DNA of 21,134 bases, from contig JBJCIZ010000380.1 in the NCBI GenBank assembly GCA_051294375.1, positions 1 through 21,134 on the forward strand, given 5' to 3'. The translations under genes and the position numbers were made by a program. The notes beneath the pieces were generated by a model. It was not told the origin of the DNA and ran no database searches. It saw only the letters and a list, made by a program, of their open reading frames with translations. Source of the DNA: Paraspadella gotoi. Lineage: Eukaryota; Animalia; Chaetognatha. Positions 1 to 10,804 of the stretch are shown piece by piece (position 1 is the first letter of the stretch; each line of letters begins with the position of its first letter).

Positions 1-1411
1 GCCTCGAATGGCTAAAACCGTGAAGCAACCTTGTGGCGAATGGCACGCTCAGTCTTCTCTCTCCAACTATAAAAAAAACAAACCAAACTGAGCCCGGTAG
101 CACGCCTTTACTTCGATCGCTTTTCCACCTTTCCCTAGGGAAAAATTCCGTTCTATTGTGGCTCATCAAATTAATCTTACCGTAATACTCTCCTGTGTTT
201 GCCATCATTTTACGAACACGAGAAATGTGTCTAGCAGAGTAGAACTAGAACTCACACGATGCGGTCGAGATTAGAAGTAAATTCCTTTGGTATTTGCATA
301 TCCACTTTTCTTACGTGGCACTTTCCCGCTTCTCGTCACTTAGAGAAATTTACCAATTGGGGTTACTCCCCGGCCAGTGGGAGAAAAAAAGAAATCCCAA
401 GGCCGGTACATGAACTCACATCCAATTCCAATCACCCTTTGGCTTCAACGAATACCTGAGTGAATAGCCCGCTGAGGTGATGGTACAGAGTAAACAGTGT
501 CTTTGTTCGTTCGTCCTCGTCCCCTCCAGTCGTGCAGTGTGACAGTGGTGCCCTGCATCGTCTTTCCTCGTCGTCAATCCAGTGACATAAGTCGTCTTCG
601 TCGTCGTCCGTTCGTCTTCTTCTTCATGGGTTTGGTAACAATAAACCTGTCGTCTTTGATGAAGGATAAAAGATTCAACAAAGTGACGAGAATGACGTGT
701 CGTCACAGAAGCAACAGTTACAATGCGTGAAGAAGGATCGATACAATAGAACGTAATCGGTGAGGCAATAGGAAAAAACACTTATCGAAGGTGAAAAATG
801 GGGAAAGATTTTTCGGGAAATTGGCGAATGATAAAATGGAGAATGTCTGGGGTAAACGTGTCGTTTGCCAATGTCACCTGCCAAATTGCTTGAATATAAG
901 TAATCTCATGTAACAATGCAATGTAATGTTCCGTAACTGGCGTACAAATTTAAAACTTGCTGAAACCGAGAGTCCTGGGCGGGCGAACTAAGTTGCTGGT
1001 TTAAAAATTCTCGGACGGATAACTAGATGTCAACACTTGTAATCAAATTTAACTGCCGTCAAATAGTTCAACGGAGATATATATTATATTGGTTCTGGTT
1101 GATTGTGTAGATGACCCAACGAAATTTGCCTGTGGTGTTTTTGAGAAGCGAATCTTAAAAAGTAAAGTAAATAAACGTGAAATAGAGTAAACTAAATTAT
1201 AATTACTTTAACATATAGTAAAATTGAATAAACTTTAAACAGTTGTCACTTTATATATTCTATGAACAATATCACGACTAAGACAGGAGAACACAACATC
1301 GATTGTGGGATACAGTTTAGTATTAAATTTTAACCAGGACAATGAAATTCAAACCATTTTGCGCTGGTTCATTTTTCGAGGCCAGAGAAATTTAAAAAAA
1401 AATTTAAGGAA

Positions 1412-1438
1412 GAGGAGGAGAAAGAGAAGAGAGAGAGA

Positions 1439-1482
<44 letters not shown>

Positions 1483-1488
1483 AGAGAG
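1412..1488 (+). repeat. Interrupted (GA)n microsatellite
   Basis: Visible GA repeat; it produces the RERERE run in ORF 1305..1874. Confidence 0.95.
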
Positions 1489-1839
1489 TGGAGAATCTAA
1501 TCACCTCCAACAATCACTCCGACTCCCTGGTGATCAACCTAACTCATCATCCCCCGCCAATCCGAGGTGATCACATCTCCTTTCGATTCCCTCGACCTTT
1601 CATCATTTTCCTCGGCGCCGGAAAAATTAACTTCGACAACGTCGACGCCGAGGAGAATAAAGAACCGGGAATTGGGCCGAATTGGGGCTGGAAAGTGGTC
1701 AGTGTACCCGGAAGTCGGGATCGTTGGTGGAACCGAAATGGCAACCGGGAAAAAAAAGATAGCCACCTGAAAAGAGGAAGGAGAGTCATTGGGTGGAACC
1801 GGCAAAGAGAGGAACCGAAAATGTCGCGTTACCGAGAGA

Positions 1840-1938
1840 GTGACCTAATTTGGACCGGATGTGAACGTAATTAAGAAACCGGAAGGACCGTAATTAGAAC
1901 CGGGAAGTGACGACATTTCGATCGGAAAGTGAATGTAT
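1840..1938 (+). repeat. Degenerate ~22 bp tandem repeat, consensus approx GTGACGTAATTAGAACCGGAA, about 4.5 units
   Basis: Units gtgacctaatttggaccggat / gtgaacgtaattaagaaaccggaa / ggaccgtaattagaaccgggaa / gtgacgacatttcgatcggaaa / gtgaatgtat; looser AACCGG copies extend back to ~1660. Confidence 0.7.
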
Positions 1939-1982
1939 AGGCGCAAGAAATGGGTCCTAGCCTTATGAAAAAATCGCCGTCC

Positions 1983-2031
1983 AGAGAGAGAAGAGAGAGA
2001 GAGAAGAGAGAAGGAGAGAGAGAGAGAGAGA
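1983..2031 (+). repeat. Interrupted (GA)n microsatellite
   Basis: Visible in sequence. Confidence 0.95.
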
Positions 2032-2154
2032 AAGTTTGTCTTTTTCGTTTCTGTTCACATTTGCCGAGAGACAGAAACGCATTTCCGGCATACTAAATTT
2101 AATATTCCTATTTTCAAATCTGACGATGTTTAAGGTATGCAGTCCGAACCGGCA

Positions 2155-2375
2155 ATGACGAAGACGATAGTCAATGACGACGATAACGACGCTCGGTTGA
2201 CTTCGACGATTGAGAACAGCGACGACCATCATGACGACGAACGACGACGATGACAAAGACGAACGGTTCCTTCCTGCGTCGAGTCCTCTCCAACGTTTAA
2301 TTACTCTGACGATGTCGATTGATTTCGAGATAAGAAAGAACGAACGACCAACGGACGCGACGACGACGACACGAG
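2155..2375 (+). repeat. Degenerate (GAC/GAT)n low-complexity tract
   Basis: Many gacgacga/gatgac runs. Confidence 0.75.
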
Positions 2376-2459
2376 AACAATAAGAAGAGGGCAGAGCCAA
2401 TATGAAATTTTCTTCTTCAATCGTTGACGCGTTAGTACTTCCCATGATAATTTTTTTTG

Positions 2460-2555
2460 TCTCTCTCTCATTGCTCCTCTCTCTCTCTGCTCTCTCTCTC
2501 TCTCTCTCTCTCTTCGGTCTCTCTCGTCCTCCTTCTCTCTCTCTCTCTCTCTCTC
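2460..2555 (+). repeat. Interrupted (CT)n microsatellite
   Basis: Visible in sequence. Confidence 0.95.
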
Positions 2556-2865
2556 GTTTGGTACAATCTTTTAATTCCACTCTTTTTTCAAGTAATTATT
2601 GTTTTGTCCAAAATTTCATTCCTTTATCGAATTACCAATTTGTGACCCTTTTTTTTTCCTCGTTTCTTAAAACTCGTGTTCACAATTAGAGAACGTCGTC
2701 TTGGTCACGACCGTCCGAGCTTCACCCCGTTTTAATCCCTTCACTCATATTCCACTCCAACCCCTGGTCCCCTTCTCTTTCCTCACTCCCCCCCAAGCCC
2801 CCCCCCCCAATAGGCCAACGAGTTGAATTAGAATCTCGTTTGCATCTCGTCAGCGTCGACGAACC

Positions 2866-3320
2866 GAGGGTGCGGTCGAAGTGGTGAGGTTGTGGTAGAA
2901 GTGGGTGAAGGGCTGTGGAGCAGTGGAGAAGGGTGTGGTGAAGTGAGAGTCATGTTGTAGAGAGGTGGCCAGAGTGATGAAAGTGGTCAAGTGGTAAAGG
3001 ATGAGGTCGAAATGGTGAGGGTGCGTTTCAATTGTTTGAGGATGTGGTCAAAGTGATAAAAGGGTTGGCCAAATTTTTGAGGATGTGGTCGAAGTCGTAA
3101 GGATGTGGTCCGAAGTGATGAAAGTGGTGCAAAAGTGGTGAGAAATGTGGTCAAAGTGATAAAGGGGTGGTAAAAGTGGTGAGGGAAATGTGGTCGAAAG
3201 TGATGAGGATGTGGTCAAAGATGATAAAGGGGGTGTAAAAGATGTTTGAGGATGTGGCCGAAAGTGGTGAGGTCGAGGTCATAGTGGTAGAAGTGGCGAA
3301 GTTGTAGTCCGTCGAAGTGG
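2866..3320 (+). repeat. Degenerate minisatellite, ~20 bp unit, consensus GAGGATGTGGTC(G/A)AAGTG(G/A)T, roughly 22 copies
   Basis: Copies such as gaggatgtggtcaaagtgat (3038), gaggatgtggtcgaagtcgt (3079), gaggatgtggtcaaagatgat (3205), gaggatgtggccgaaagtggt (3248). Confidence 0.9.
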
Positions 3321-3882
3321 TTAATAACTATTGAACTAGGTTTGGCAGTTTTTTTAAAAACTAGAAAGCAAAAAAACTGATGTGATATTTGCTATGAAAT
3401 CGGTACAACAATGTCAAAATTATCATTGTCATTTTTATTGAACAAACTTTTCAACGTTCCCACGAAATAAGAATGATGTGATGTGAATTGGAGTGGCGGG
3501 AAAGAAGTGATAAATTTTAAGGTCGACGCGTCTCGGGTGATGTCGTCGCGAACTCACCTCTCGCCGACGGAAACCTTTGACTTACTTTGGGTCGTCTTGG
3601 CGTCGCGCGTCGGGATTTCTTCTCGCTCCAGCGAAACGAGAGATCCGAATCTTGGCGGTCCTTTGTTTTCCTGTTTTGCTTTTGTTTTGTTTCTTTGATA
3701 TGTTTGCCTTAAAGGTTTTTCTGCTTACAGTTCGTTTTTTTTGTTTTAGTATAGTAAATTCGTACAAACGTAAACTTATAAGGGGAAATAGATCGACGAA
3801 AACAAATACAAGTCGCCAAACCAATTGAAAGCTGCCTTTTTCCCCACTTCCTTCATTATTTAATTTCCATTTTTGGCGCCTA

Positions 3883-3902
3883 CTCTCTCTCTCTTTCTCT
3901 CG

Positions 3903-3933
<31 letters not shown>

Positions 3934-4018
3934 GTCTCTCTCTCTCTCTCGTCTCTTCTCTCTCTCTCTCTCTCTCTCTCTCCTCCTCTCTCTCTCTCCT
4001 CTCTCTCTCTTCCTCATC

Positions 4019-4058
<40 letters not shown>
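3883..4058 (+). repeat. Long interrupted (CT)n microsatellite
   Basis: About 175 nt of CT repeat with CGT and single-base interruptions. Confidence 0.97.
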
Positions 4059-4063
<5 letters not shown>

Positions 4064-4218
4064 CCATTTCAAGAACTTAATGGTGTCGTGTTAACTGAAG
4101 CAATAAACAAAGAAAAAAAGGTGGCCACTCTGAAAATTAAAAAAAACAAACAAACGCTGGGTGTGAATGGAGGAAAAAAAACGTCAAAGCCGCTAGGTGC
4201 TTTCCTTTGTTTTTTAAT

Positions 4219-4312
4219 CTTCTCTCTCTCTCTCTCTCGTCTCTCTCTCTCTCTCTCTCTTCTCTCTCCTCTCTCTCCTCATCTCTCTCGTCTCTCTCTC
4301 CTTCTCTCTCTC
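4219..4312 (+). repeat. Interrupted (CT)n microsatellite
   Basis: Visible in sequence. Confidence 0.95.
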
Positions 4313-4666
4313 CCTGAATTAGCTGTAATTGAATTTGGTACGATGGAGTCACACGGGATGCAGACGCAAAAAATTCCAGACACTAGAAACGAAAATGCTG
4401 CTCGAAAAAAAATACAGAAGTTTAAAACAGTAATGGATGATTTGAAAAGACGAAATAGGGTATAGAAGACTATAAAGCGGCGAGTAGAGAAACAGTTTAA
4501 GGTGTTTTTGAAAAAGAGGAGAAGAAACAGAACGAAGCTTTTTAAAGTCTATTAACCCCGAAAAAAAACGGAGCGGAAAGCAAAAGGAAAAGGGTCGACC
4601 CTCACGTCGATTGTCGGCGGGAAAAAATAAAAAGAGCATCGGGTCGAGGATGAGGTTTTGGTTGTT

Positions 4667-4760
4667 GGGTGGGAAAGGGGGGAAAGTTGTTTGCAGGTGG
4701 GCGGGGTGGGGTGGTTTGGTTCTTTTTATTGTATGGAGGGTGGTTGGGGAATTTGCAGGG
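4667..4760 (+). other. G-run cluster, potential G-quadruplex
   Basis: gggtgggaaagggggg...gggcggggtgggg; more than four G3+ runs. Confidence 0.55.
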
Positions 4761-4978
4761 ATATTTGGTTTTGAACAAGCGGGAGATTTGGAGATTATGA
4801 GTAAATTTATGATTTAGTAGCAATTTTTTTATATAATAAAGAAATTGCTATACAACGAAATTTTTGTTTCATCTCTAAACTATTTTAAATAGCAAAAAGA
4901 AAGTCAAAAATACAATGATTTAGTAGCATAAATTTGGATATATTTTATGAATCTGATGAGTCTATATATGAATCCGTT

Positions 4979-5040
4979 AATTTGAATTTGGTAAATTTGG
5001 TAAATTGAAATAAATAAAATTTTGAAATCTGGTAAATTTT
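4979..5040 (+). repeat. Degenerate 9-mer repeat (AATTTGGTA)
   Basis: aatttg aatttggta aatttggta aattg...aatctggta aattt. Confidence 0.6.
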
Positions 5041-5372
5041 TTTTATAAATGCGATTTTCGCTCGTGAGTCTTTGTTGGAGGCGATTCGCAGGGAGTGAAG
5101 GAAGAAAGAAACGACTGCCGCCTGCGGGCATGAGGTCGCGTATGAAAAGAAAAAAAAGGGCGTAAACATGAGATTAGGACGTTAACTTTCGGATTTGTAC
5201 GCGGATGCATTTTCTCCGAATCTGCGGCGGAAGCGGTTCGCGCGTTGCTGTCCTGCGATCCTGCTGCCGCTGGAACGAGATGACGTCCGTGAAAGGCTGA
5301 CGCAAAGTTTTAGCGTAAAGTAGAAAATCCCGACCTTTTGTTGTTTTTTTTTTTCCTTTTACGTCGAGTCCG

Positions 5373-5409
5373 GCGATGACGTCATCGCTAACGTTTGCTG
5401 TCACACGTG
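5373..5409. promoter_or_regulatory. 16 bp perfect palindrome containing a full CRE (TGACGTCA), followed by E-box CACGTG
   Basis: GCGATGACGTCATCGC at 5373-5388; CACGTG at 5404-5409. Motif match only. Confidence 0.4.
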
Positions 5410-5420
5410 AATACGTGAAT

Positions 5421-5451
5421 GTCATTGTAATTGTCATTGTCATTGTAATTG
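5421..5451 (+). repeat. (GT[C/A]ATT)5 hexamer repeat
   Basis: gtcatt gtaatt gtcatt gtcatt gtaatt g. Confidence 0.85.
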
Positions 5452-5816
5452 GCCTTGTGGTTCGCAGTTGGGTGGGTTGTGGTTTGTGGTTTCGGATAAA
5501 TATTACTTTTGTCATCTATTGTCCGTTTTCCCGATAACTAAGTTCGGTTTTCCATTACAAATTAGCTAATAGATAATCTCACGGGCAACGTTAAGTTATT
5601 GGTCTCTCATAAAACGAATCTTTTAGGTCCTCCTGCTAAAAAACATGATGTATATTAATGACATTGGATTAACCTGATATATAATTGATTTATTACTGAA
5701 ATATATAACATGATTGACTCGGTCCTCTGTCAGGAGCCAGACGGCCAAGATAGCTTAAATAATTGAATGAACGGGTAAACTGGTAACTGGTCAAAATAAA
5801 TATTTTGTGTTTTAAA

Positions 5817-5872
5817 TAAATTATTAATAAATTTTTAATAAATTATTAACTAAATTAATTAATAAATTTCAA
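5817..5872 (+). repeat. AT-rich 11 bp tandem repeat (TAAATTATTAA), about 5 copies
   Basis: taaattattaa taaatttttaa taaattattaa c taaattaattaa taaatttcaa. Confidence 0.8.
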
Positions 5873-5948
5873 CTTTAGTTGTCGCAACAATTTCTAGTGG
5901 AATCGCGATAAACTTTTGTAGAAATTTCTCTCCCAAACATATAATCAA

Positions 5949-5973
5949 AATCTGCTTGCAATCTGCTTGCAAT
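5949..5973 (+). repeat. Perfect 11 bp tandem duplication
   Basis: aatctgcttgc aatctgcttgc aat. Confidence 0.85.
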
Positions 5974-6180
5974 TTCGTTACCATTCCTCAAATGCCTAGA
6001 CAAGCCCGTCTTAACATTTCAATCTCATTTTCCATCCCCTGTCCGAGTTATCAATGGAATCGGTCTCTCTGGGTCCACTTTCATCTCCTTTTTCCTATTG
6101 CTCACGTCTCTTCCCCCTGGACGAAGTCGCTTTGTGATTCTTTTATCGCGAGAATCTCATTGTTGTTTCTCCTCAATGCG

Positions 6181-6350
6181 CCGTCTTTTGTTCGTGTCCT
6201 TCGTTCGTTGTCCTCGTTGTTCTTAACGTTGTCCTGGTTTGTCTTTTGTTCGTTTGTCTTCTGCTCGTGATCTTTGGATGTCTTTTGTTCTTTGTCCTTC
6301 GTTTGTGTCCGTTGGTTCTCTCGTTTTGTCCTTTTATGTCCTTCTTGGCC
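6181..6350 (+). repeat. A-depleted degenerate TTGTCC/TTCG repeat
   Basis: Only 5 A in 170 nt; recurring tgtcct/ttcgt words. Confidence 0.75.
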
Positions 6351-6823
6351 CGACTGAGTTATTGGTTCATTTAAACGGTTTATTGAGTTTATGGCAAAGG
6401 CTCATCGGTCGGTCGGTTTGAAAGATATAAATACATTAACAGATCTGTTTTAAGAGACAGAGAGAATAAAGGAAGTAAAATAGTTTAACATTAAATAATT
6501 CACGTTCAAAACTTTTATATTTATAATTTACGGTATCTATAAAAAATTAAAAGGAAAGACAAATTTAAAAATAGTTTAATAAAGTTTTACAAAAGGTCTA
6601 AACAATTTTGTTGTTCTTTTATGTCCACAAATATTCGAGGTTTGCTTTTTCACAGAGAAAACATTTGACTGAAAGAATTCCAGTGCACGTGCAAAAGTGA
6701 AAAGTCGCACGCACAAGGCGAAGAAATAAAGAGTCGCACGCACTTTCGTCGCTCGCGGAAGAGAGCACGAAGGAGAGAAGAGAATTCGAAATGCGCGTGA
6801 ATGGAGCAAAGGCGGTGACCTCT

Positions 6824-6991
6824 AGAGAGAGAGAGAGAGAGAGAAGAGAGCAGAAGGAAGAGACGAGAGAGAGAGAGAGAGAGAGCAGAGAAGAGAGAGA
6901 GAGAGAGAGAGAGAAGAGAGAGAGAGATTAGTAAGGAGAAATAATAAGAGGCTCTTGGGGAAGTAAAGCGCGAACGACTCAAAGAAGACAA

Positions 6992-7026
<35 letters not shown>

Positions 7027-7030
7027 AGAC

Positions 7031-7063
<33 letters not shown>

Positions 7064-7081
7064 TCAGAGAGAGAGAGAGAG
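6824..7081 (+). repeat. Two interrupted (GA)n blocks
   Basis: GA repeats at about 6824-6927 and 6992-7081. Confidence 0.95.
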
Positions 7082-7657
7082 TAGAATATGAGAAAAAAAA
7101 CTCCGTGCAAAATTTCCGAAGTAATTGAAATATTTGGTCGTTGGACAAAAAGGGCGAGTTTGCGCTACTCTGGACTTCTGACTCTGTCGTCAAAGTTTGT
7201 CATTGAATGAGATTTCGAGAAAAGCTCAGGACATCTCAACCAAATTTAGATTGTATTTAAAAACCTCCAATTTAAATTAGGGGGACTGCTTTGCACTTTA
7301 TTTAACAAATTAATTAGATAAAAGTTAATACGTTTTAATTCTTAGATTCGCTATCAAATATCTGTTAAAAATTTCCTGCTGTCGCTTCGTTGTCGTCCGT
7401 CCATGTCCGTCGTTGTCTCGCCTTCCAACCTGTTGCCATTTTTTTTTTCCTGCCTGACAAAAACGCGTGACCAATCTTTCTTCGCTCCAGCGACCTCGAA
7501 TTCTCATTTCCATATAACTCAACGTCGGTTACCTCGCCTCTCTCTTTCCTACTGCCAGCCTCCAGACACTTGTTTTGCGCGATGCCCTCTTTTTATTTTC
7601 CCTTTTCCTCCTCTTCCTCCTTCCTCCTTCCTCCATAAATCATAACTCGTTTTCCTT

Positions 7658-7722
7658 CCCCCCTCCCCCCCCCCTCCCCCCCTTTTCCCCCTCTCTTCTC
7701 CCATTCCACCCCTCCTCCACCC
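7658..7722 (-). other. C-run cluster (potential G4 on minus strand / i-motif)
   Basis: Successive C runs separated by 1-4 T. Confidence 0.55.
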
Positions 7723-7803
7723 TCAGTCTTTCCAGACTGAAATCTTCCCTGTAAATCTTCGTCTTCCAATCAACAGGTGATTTTCTTTCTCTCTGTTTTT
7801 CGT

Positions 7804-7841
7804 TGACGTCATCGTCTTATCACGTGACGGAATCACGTGAT
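7804..7841. promoter_or_regulatory. CRE plus two palindromic E-boxes
   Basis: TGACGTCA 7804-7811, TCACGTGA 7820-7827, ATCACGTGAT 7832-7841; CpG-dense patch follows at 7870-7900. Confidence 0.5.
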
Positions 7842-7924
7842 CTAATCTCGTTCCCTCACTGACCCGAGTTCCGTCCGTCGCGCGAAGCGAGCGCGGGTCG
7901 TCTTACGCTTTTTTTTTAGGATTT

Positions 7925-7998
7925 CTGTCTCTGTCTCTCTCCTCTCTCTCTCTATCTTCATCATCTCTCTCCTCTCACGCTCTCTCTCTCTTCATCTC

Positions 7999-8029
<31 letters not shown>

Positions 8030-8070
8030 AATCTCTCTCTCTCTCTCTCGGCTCCTTTCTCTCTCTCTCC
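7925..8070 (+). repeat. Interrupted (CT)n microsatellite
   Basis: Visible in sequence. Confidence 0.95.
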
Positions 8071-8307
8071 CGATTTTCAACAACGCAAAATGGAATGCCC
8101 TGGTAACTTAAGCCTTGGTCTCTTAAATTCGGTTTGACGTTCGACCTTTTTCTTTTCTATTTTGGTCCGTCAAGATGTCGGTTTTCTTTTAAAATTGATC
8201 AATTACGTCTTGTTTTATTGGTCATGAAAAATGTGAAGGATTTTTTGTTTGAGAGTTTAGGAAGATTGGCCGCTTAATTTTTTTAGAAAAATTTTGGAAA
8301 AGGGCAT

Positions 8308-8519
8308 AGAGAGAAGTAGGTAGAGAAGAGAGAGAGAGAGGAGAGGAGAGAAGAGGAGAGAGAGGAAGAGAGAGAGCGAGAGAGAGAGAGAGAGGAGAGC
8401 AGAGAGATATTATCGATTCTCTGGGGAACGGCAACAACACGGTTCTCAAGGTGAGGGATGGATCATGGAGAAACCGTCAATCTTAAGGCGAATGAGGGAT
8501 GTGATTGAGAGAACAGAGA

Positions 8520-8556
<37 letters not shown>

Positions 8557-8625
8557 GGAGAAGAGAGAGAGGAGAGAGAGAGAGAGAGAGAGAGAGAAAA
8601 GAGAGAGAGAGAGAGAGAGAGAGAG
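8308..8625 (+). repeat. Two interrupted (GA)n blocks
   Basis: GA repeats at about 8308-8407 and 8508-8625. Confidence 0.95.
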
Positions 8626-9047
8626 TCAAATCTTAACGAGAAATGGAGGGTTGGAATTAAAATGAACAAGGGATGCTGACTCGGGGGGACAATGAAAGAG
8701 AACGCCGTCTCGGTTGAACCGCGATGCTGAAGACGACGAGACGACGACCGATGACGACGACATTAAAAAAAGAAGACGATTAGCGTTTGACAATTAATAG
8801 GTTAGATACGTGTTGAAATTAATTTATAAGTTAATGAATGAACCTTTTGTCTACGATTTAGCTTTCCCATTAATTTATTAAAAGAAGTTTCGGATCGTTT
8901 AATTGTTTTCAAATCTATAAATTGACTCAACATAATATTATATACATGAGGAAAGAAAGAACTTTATTGACCACCCACACATAACATGAAGAGCAGAGAC
9001 ATTAACACAAGATATGGTAATGACAGTGGAATGACCGAAACATAACA

Positions 9048-9325
9048 AACGATGACAGCGAGACGTCAGCAACGACGACGATGACGAACGACAGTGACGA
9101 AATCGCCGTTCAACTCGACCAACGACAAATGGACAATGACGACAAGACGGAAAGTATAAGACGACAACGAAGCTGGAAGACGAACGACAGGACGTCTGAC
9201 GCGACGATGCCCCCCCCCCCCCCCGAAAACGCCCCCCATCCCCCCCCGACGGACAACAACGAAAACAAAAGAACGAGATAAACGAACGATGACACCAGAT
9301 CGACGAACGAAGACAACAACGATCA
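9048..9325 (+). repeat. Degenerate (GAC/AAC)n tract with embedded poly-C runs (9209-9247)
   Basis: Visible in sequence. Confidence 0.75.
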
Positions 9326-9495
9326 CAACTTGGTCCACGACGCACCAACTAAATACTATCGTCCAGTCGACGTTTCCTTTCACTAAGAGACTCGTTTTCG
9401 ACCATATAGAATCAGTGGGCGTGAACCAGTGAGTTGAGAGGGCGAGAAGCGCTGGGGAGGCGAAGACGGGCGGTCGAGGAGGGGCGCTTTCACTG

Positions 9496-10018
9496 CTCTC
9501 TCTCGTCATCTCTCTGTCTCTCTCTTAATCTCTCTCTCTCTTTCCCCGCCTCTCCTCCTCTCCTTTTCCTCTCCACATCGTGTCCTCCTCACCGGCGGAC
9601 CTTCCCTCCCTCTCTGCTTTCCCCTTCCTCACCTCAGTCTCCTCACCGCTTCTCTTCATCTCATCTCATCTCAACTCAACTCTCCCCCGTCACTCCCGAC
9701 CTCTCTCGTCTCCTCTTTACTTCTCTCGCTCTCTGAACTGGATGATGTCAAAAAACGGGATCAGGCGGAGATAAAAACGAGATGATGATAAATTAAAAAG
9801 ACGAAAGAAAACTGATGTTTTATTTTTCTTTTTTTTTTTTGTCTGTGCGGAAGACATCTTTTTCAACATATTTAGTTTCCCTTCTTCTTCCCTTCTTCTC
9901 TCCTCCTCCCGGTCTCTCTCTCCTGTCTCTCTCATCTCTCTTCTCATTCTCTCTCTCTCTTCTCTCTTCTCTCTCCTCTCGTCTCTCTCATCTCTCTCTC
10001 TCTCTCCTCTCACTCTCA
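9496..10018 (+). repeat. Two pyrimidine-rich/(CT)n blocks
   Basis: About 9496-9735 and 9885-10018. Confidence 0.9.
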
Positions 10019-10804
10019 TCCCCGCATTTATTTCGTCCGTCGCGATGAATATTGGGTTTGATTCTGGTAAATACTTTCTCTTCTTCAAAAAAAGTGACCT
10101 CATTTCCAGCGTCCGAGCGAAATTTTTTTTTGATGTTTAAACGGTCGACGTGGACTCCGGCTGAGTGCTGCTGTTTTTTTTGTGCGCGTGTGTTTGTTGT
10201 TATTCCGACGAAACCGAAGATCGTCGGTAGGTTCGATCCAGGTAGCGGTTCATATATTCTTCTTTGTTAACTCGTGACTATTGCTATCATCAAGACAAAC
10301 TACTACTGTTAATTTTTTTGTTATCCATTTTCGTCCGAAAATAAACAAAAGATAGCCAAAGTCATGTAAGAGGGTTGGGGGCCTAAAAACATCACCTCGC
10401 AATGTTCAAAAAAGTCATTGACAAGATTGCTGATTCAGTGAATGGATGATATTTGGATATTAATTTGTAAATAGTGAATTAAAATATAGTTTTACACAAC
10501 GAAAATGGTCAAAGCAACAAGATTCACTAAGTACAATTATGGACTTTTTTTATTTTCTTCAAAACAAATTGCTCCTTCACAACCGACACTACTACCCAAT
10601 TCCAACGAAACCAACTACGTCTTCACACCCAAACGATATGACTCGTTTCACAACGGAGGTTTGTCGTATTCCCGGAGGCTTCGTTCGCGTTCACCGCCCA
10701 CTCCGAACATAAAGCAATAACGTCCGACCGGCGTGAAACTCATCCTTCTCTTTTCTGTTCTTCACAAAAGAATTTCGCGTTTGGTCTCCCCCGGCGAAAG
10801 TTTG

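Noticed and set aside
2866-3320. CRISPR interpretation of this array (and of the pair at 18849-18939)
   Set aside because: Units are contiguous and degenerate with no unique spacers; the other locus has only two copies; no cas genes; eukaryote-like context
10205-10250. tRNA/SINE-like signal: hairpin CCGACGA/TCGTCGG followed by GGTTCGATCC
   Set aside because: No T-stem pairing, acceptor stem or A-box
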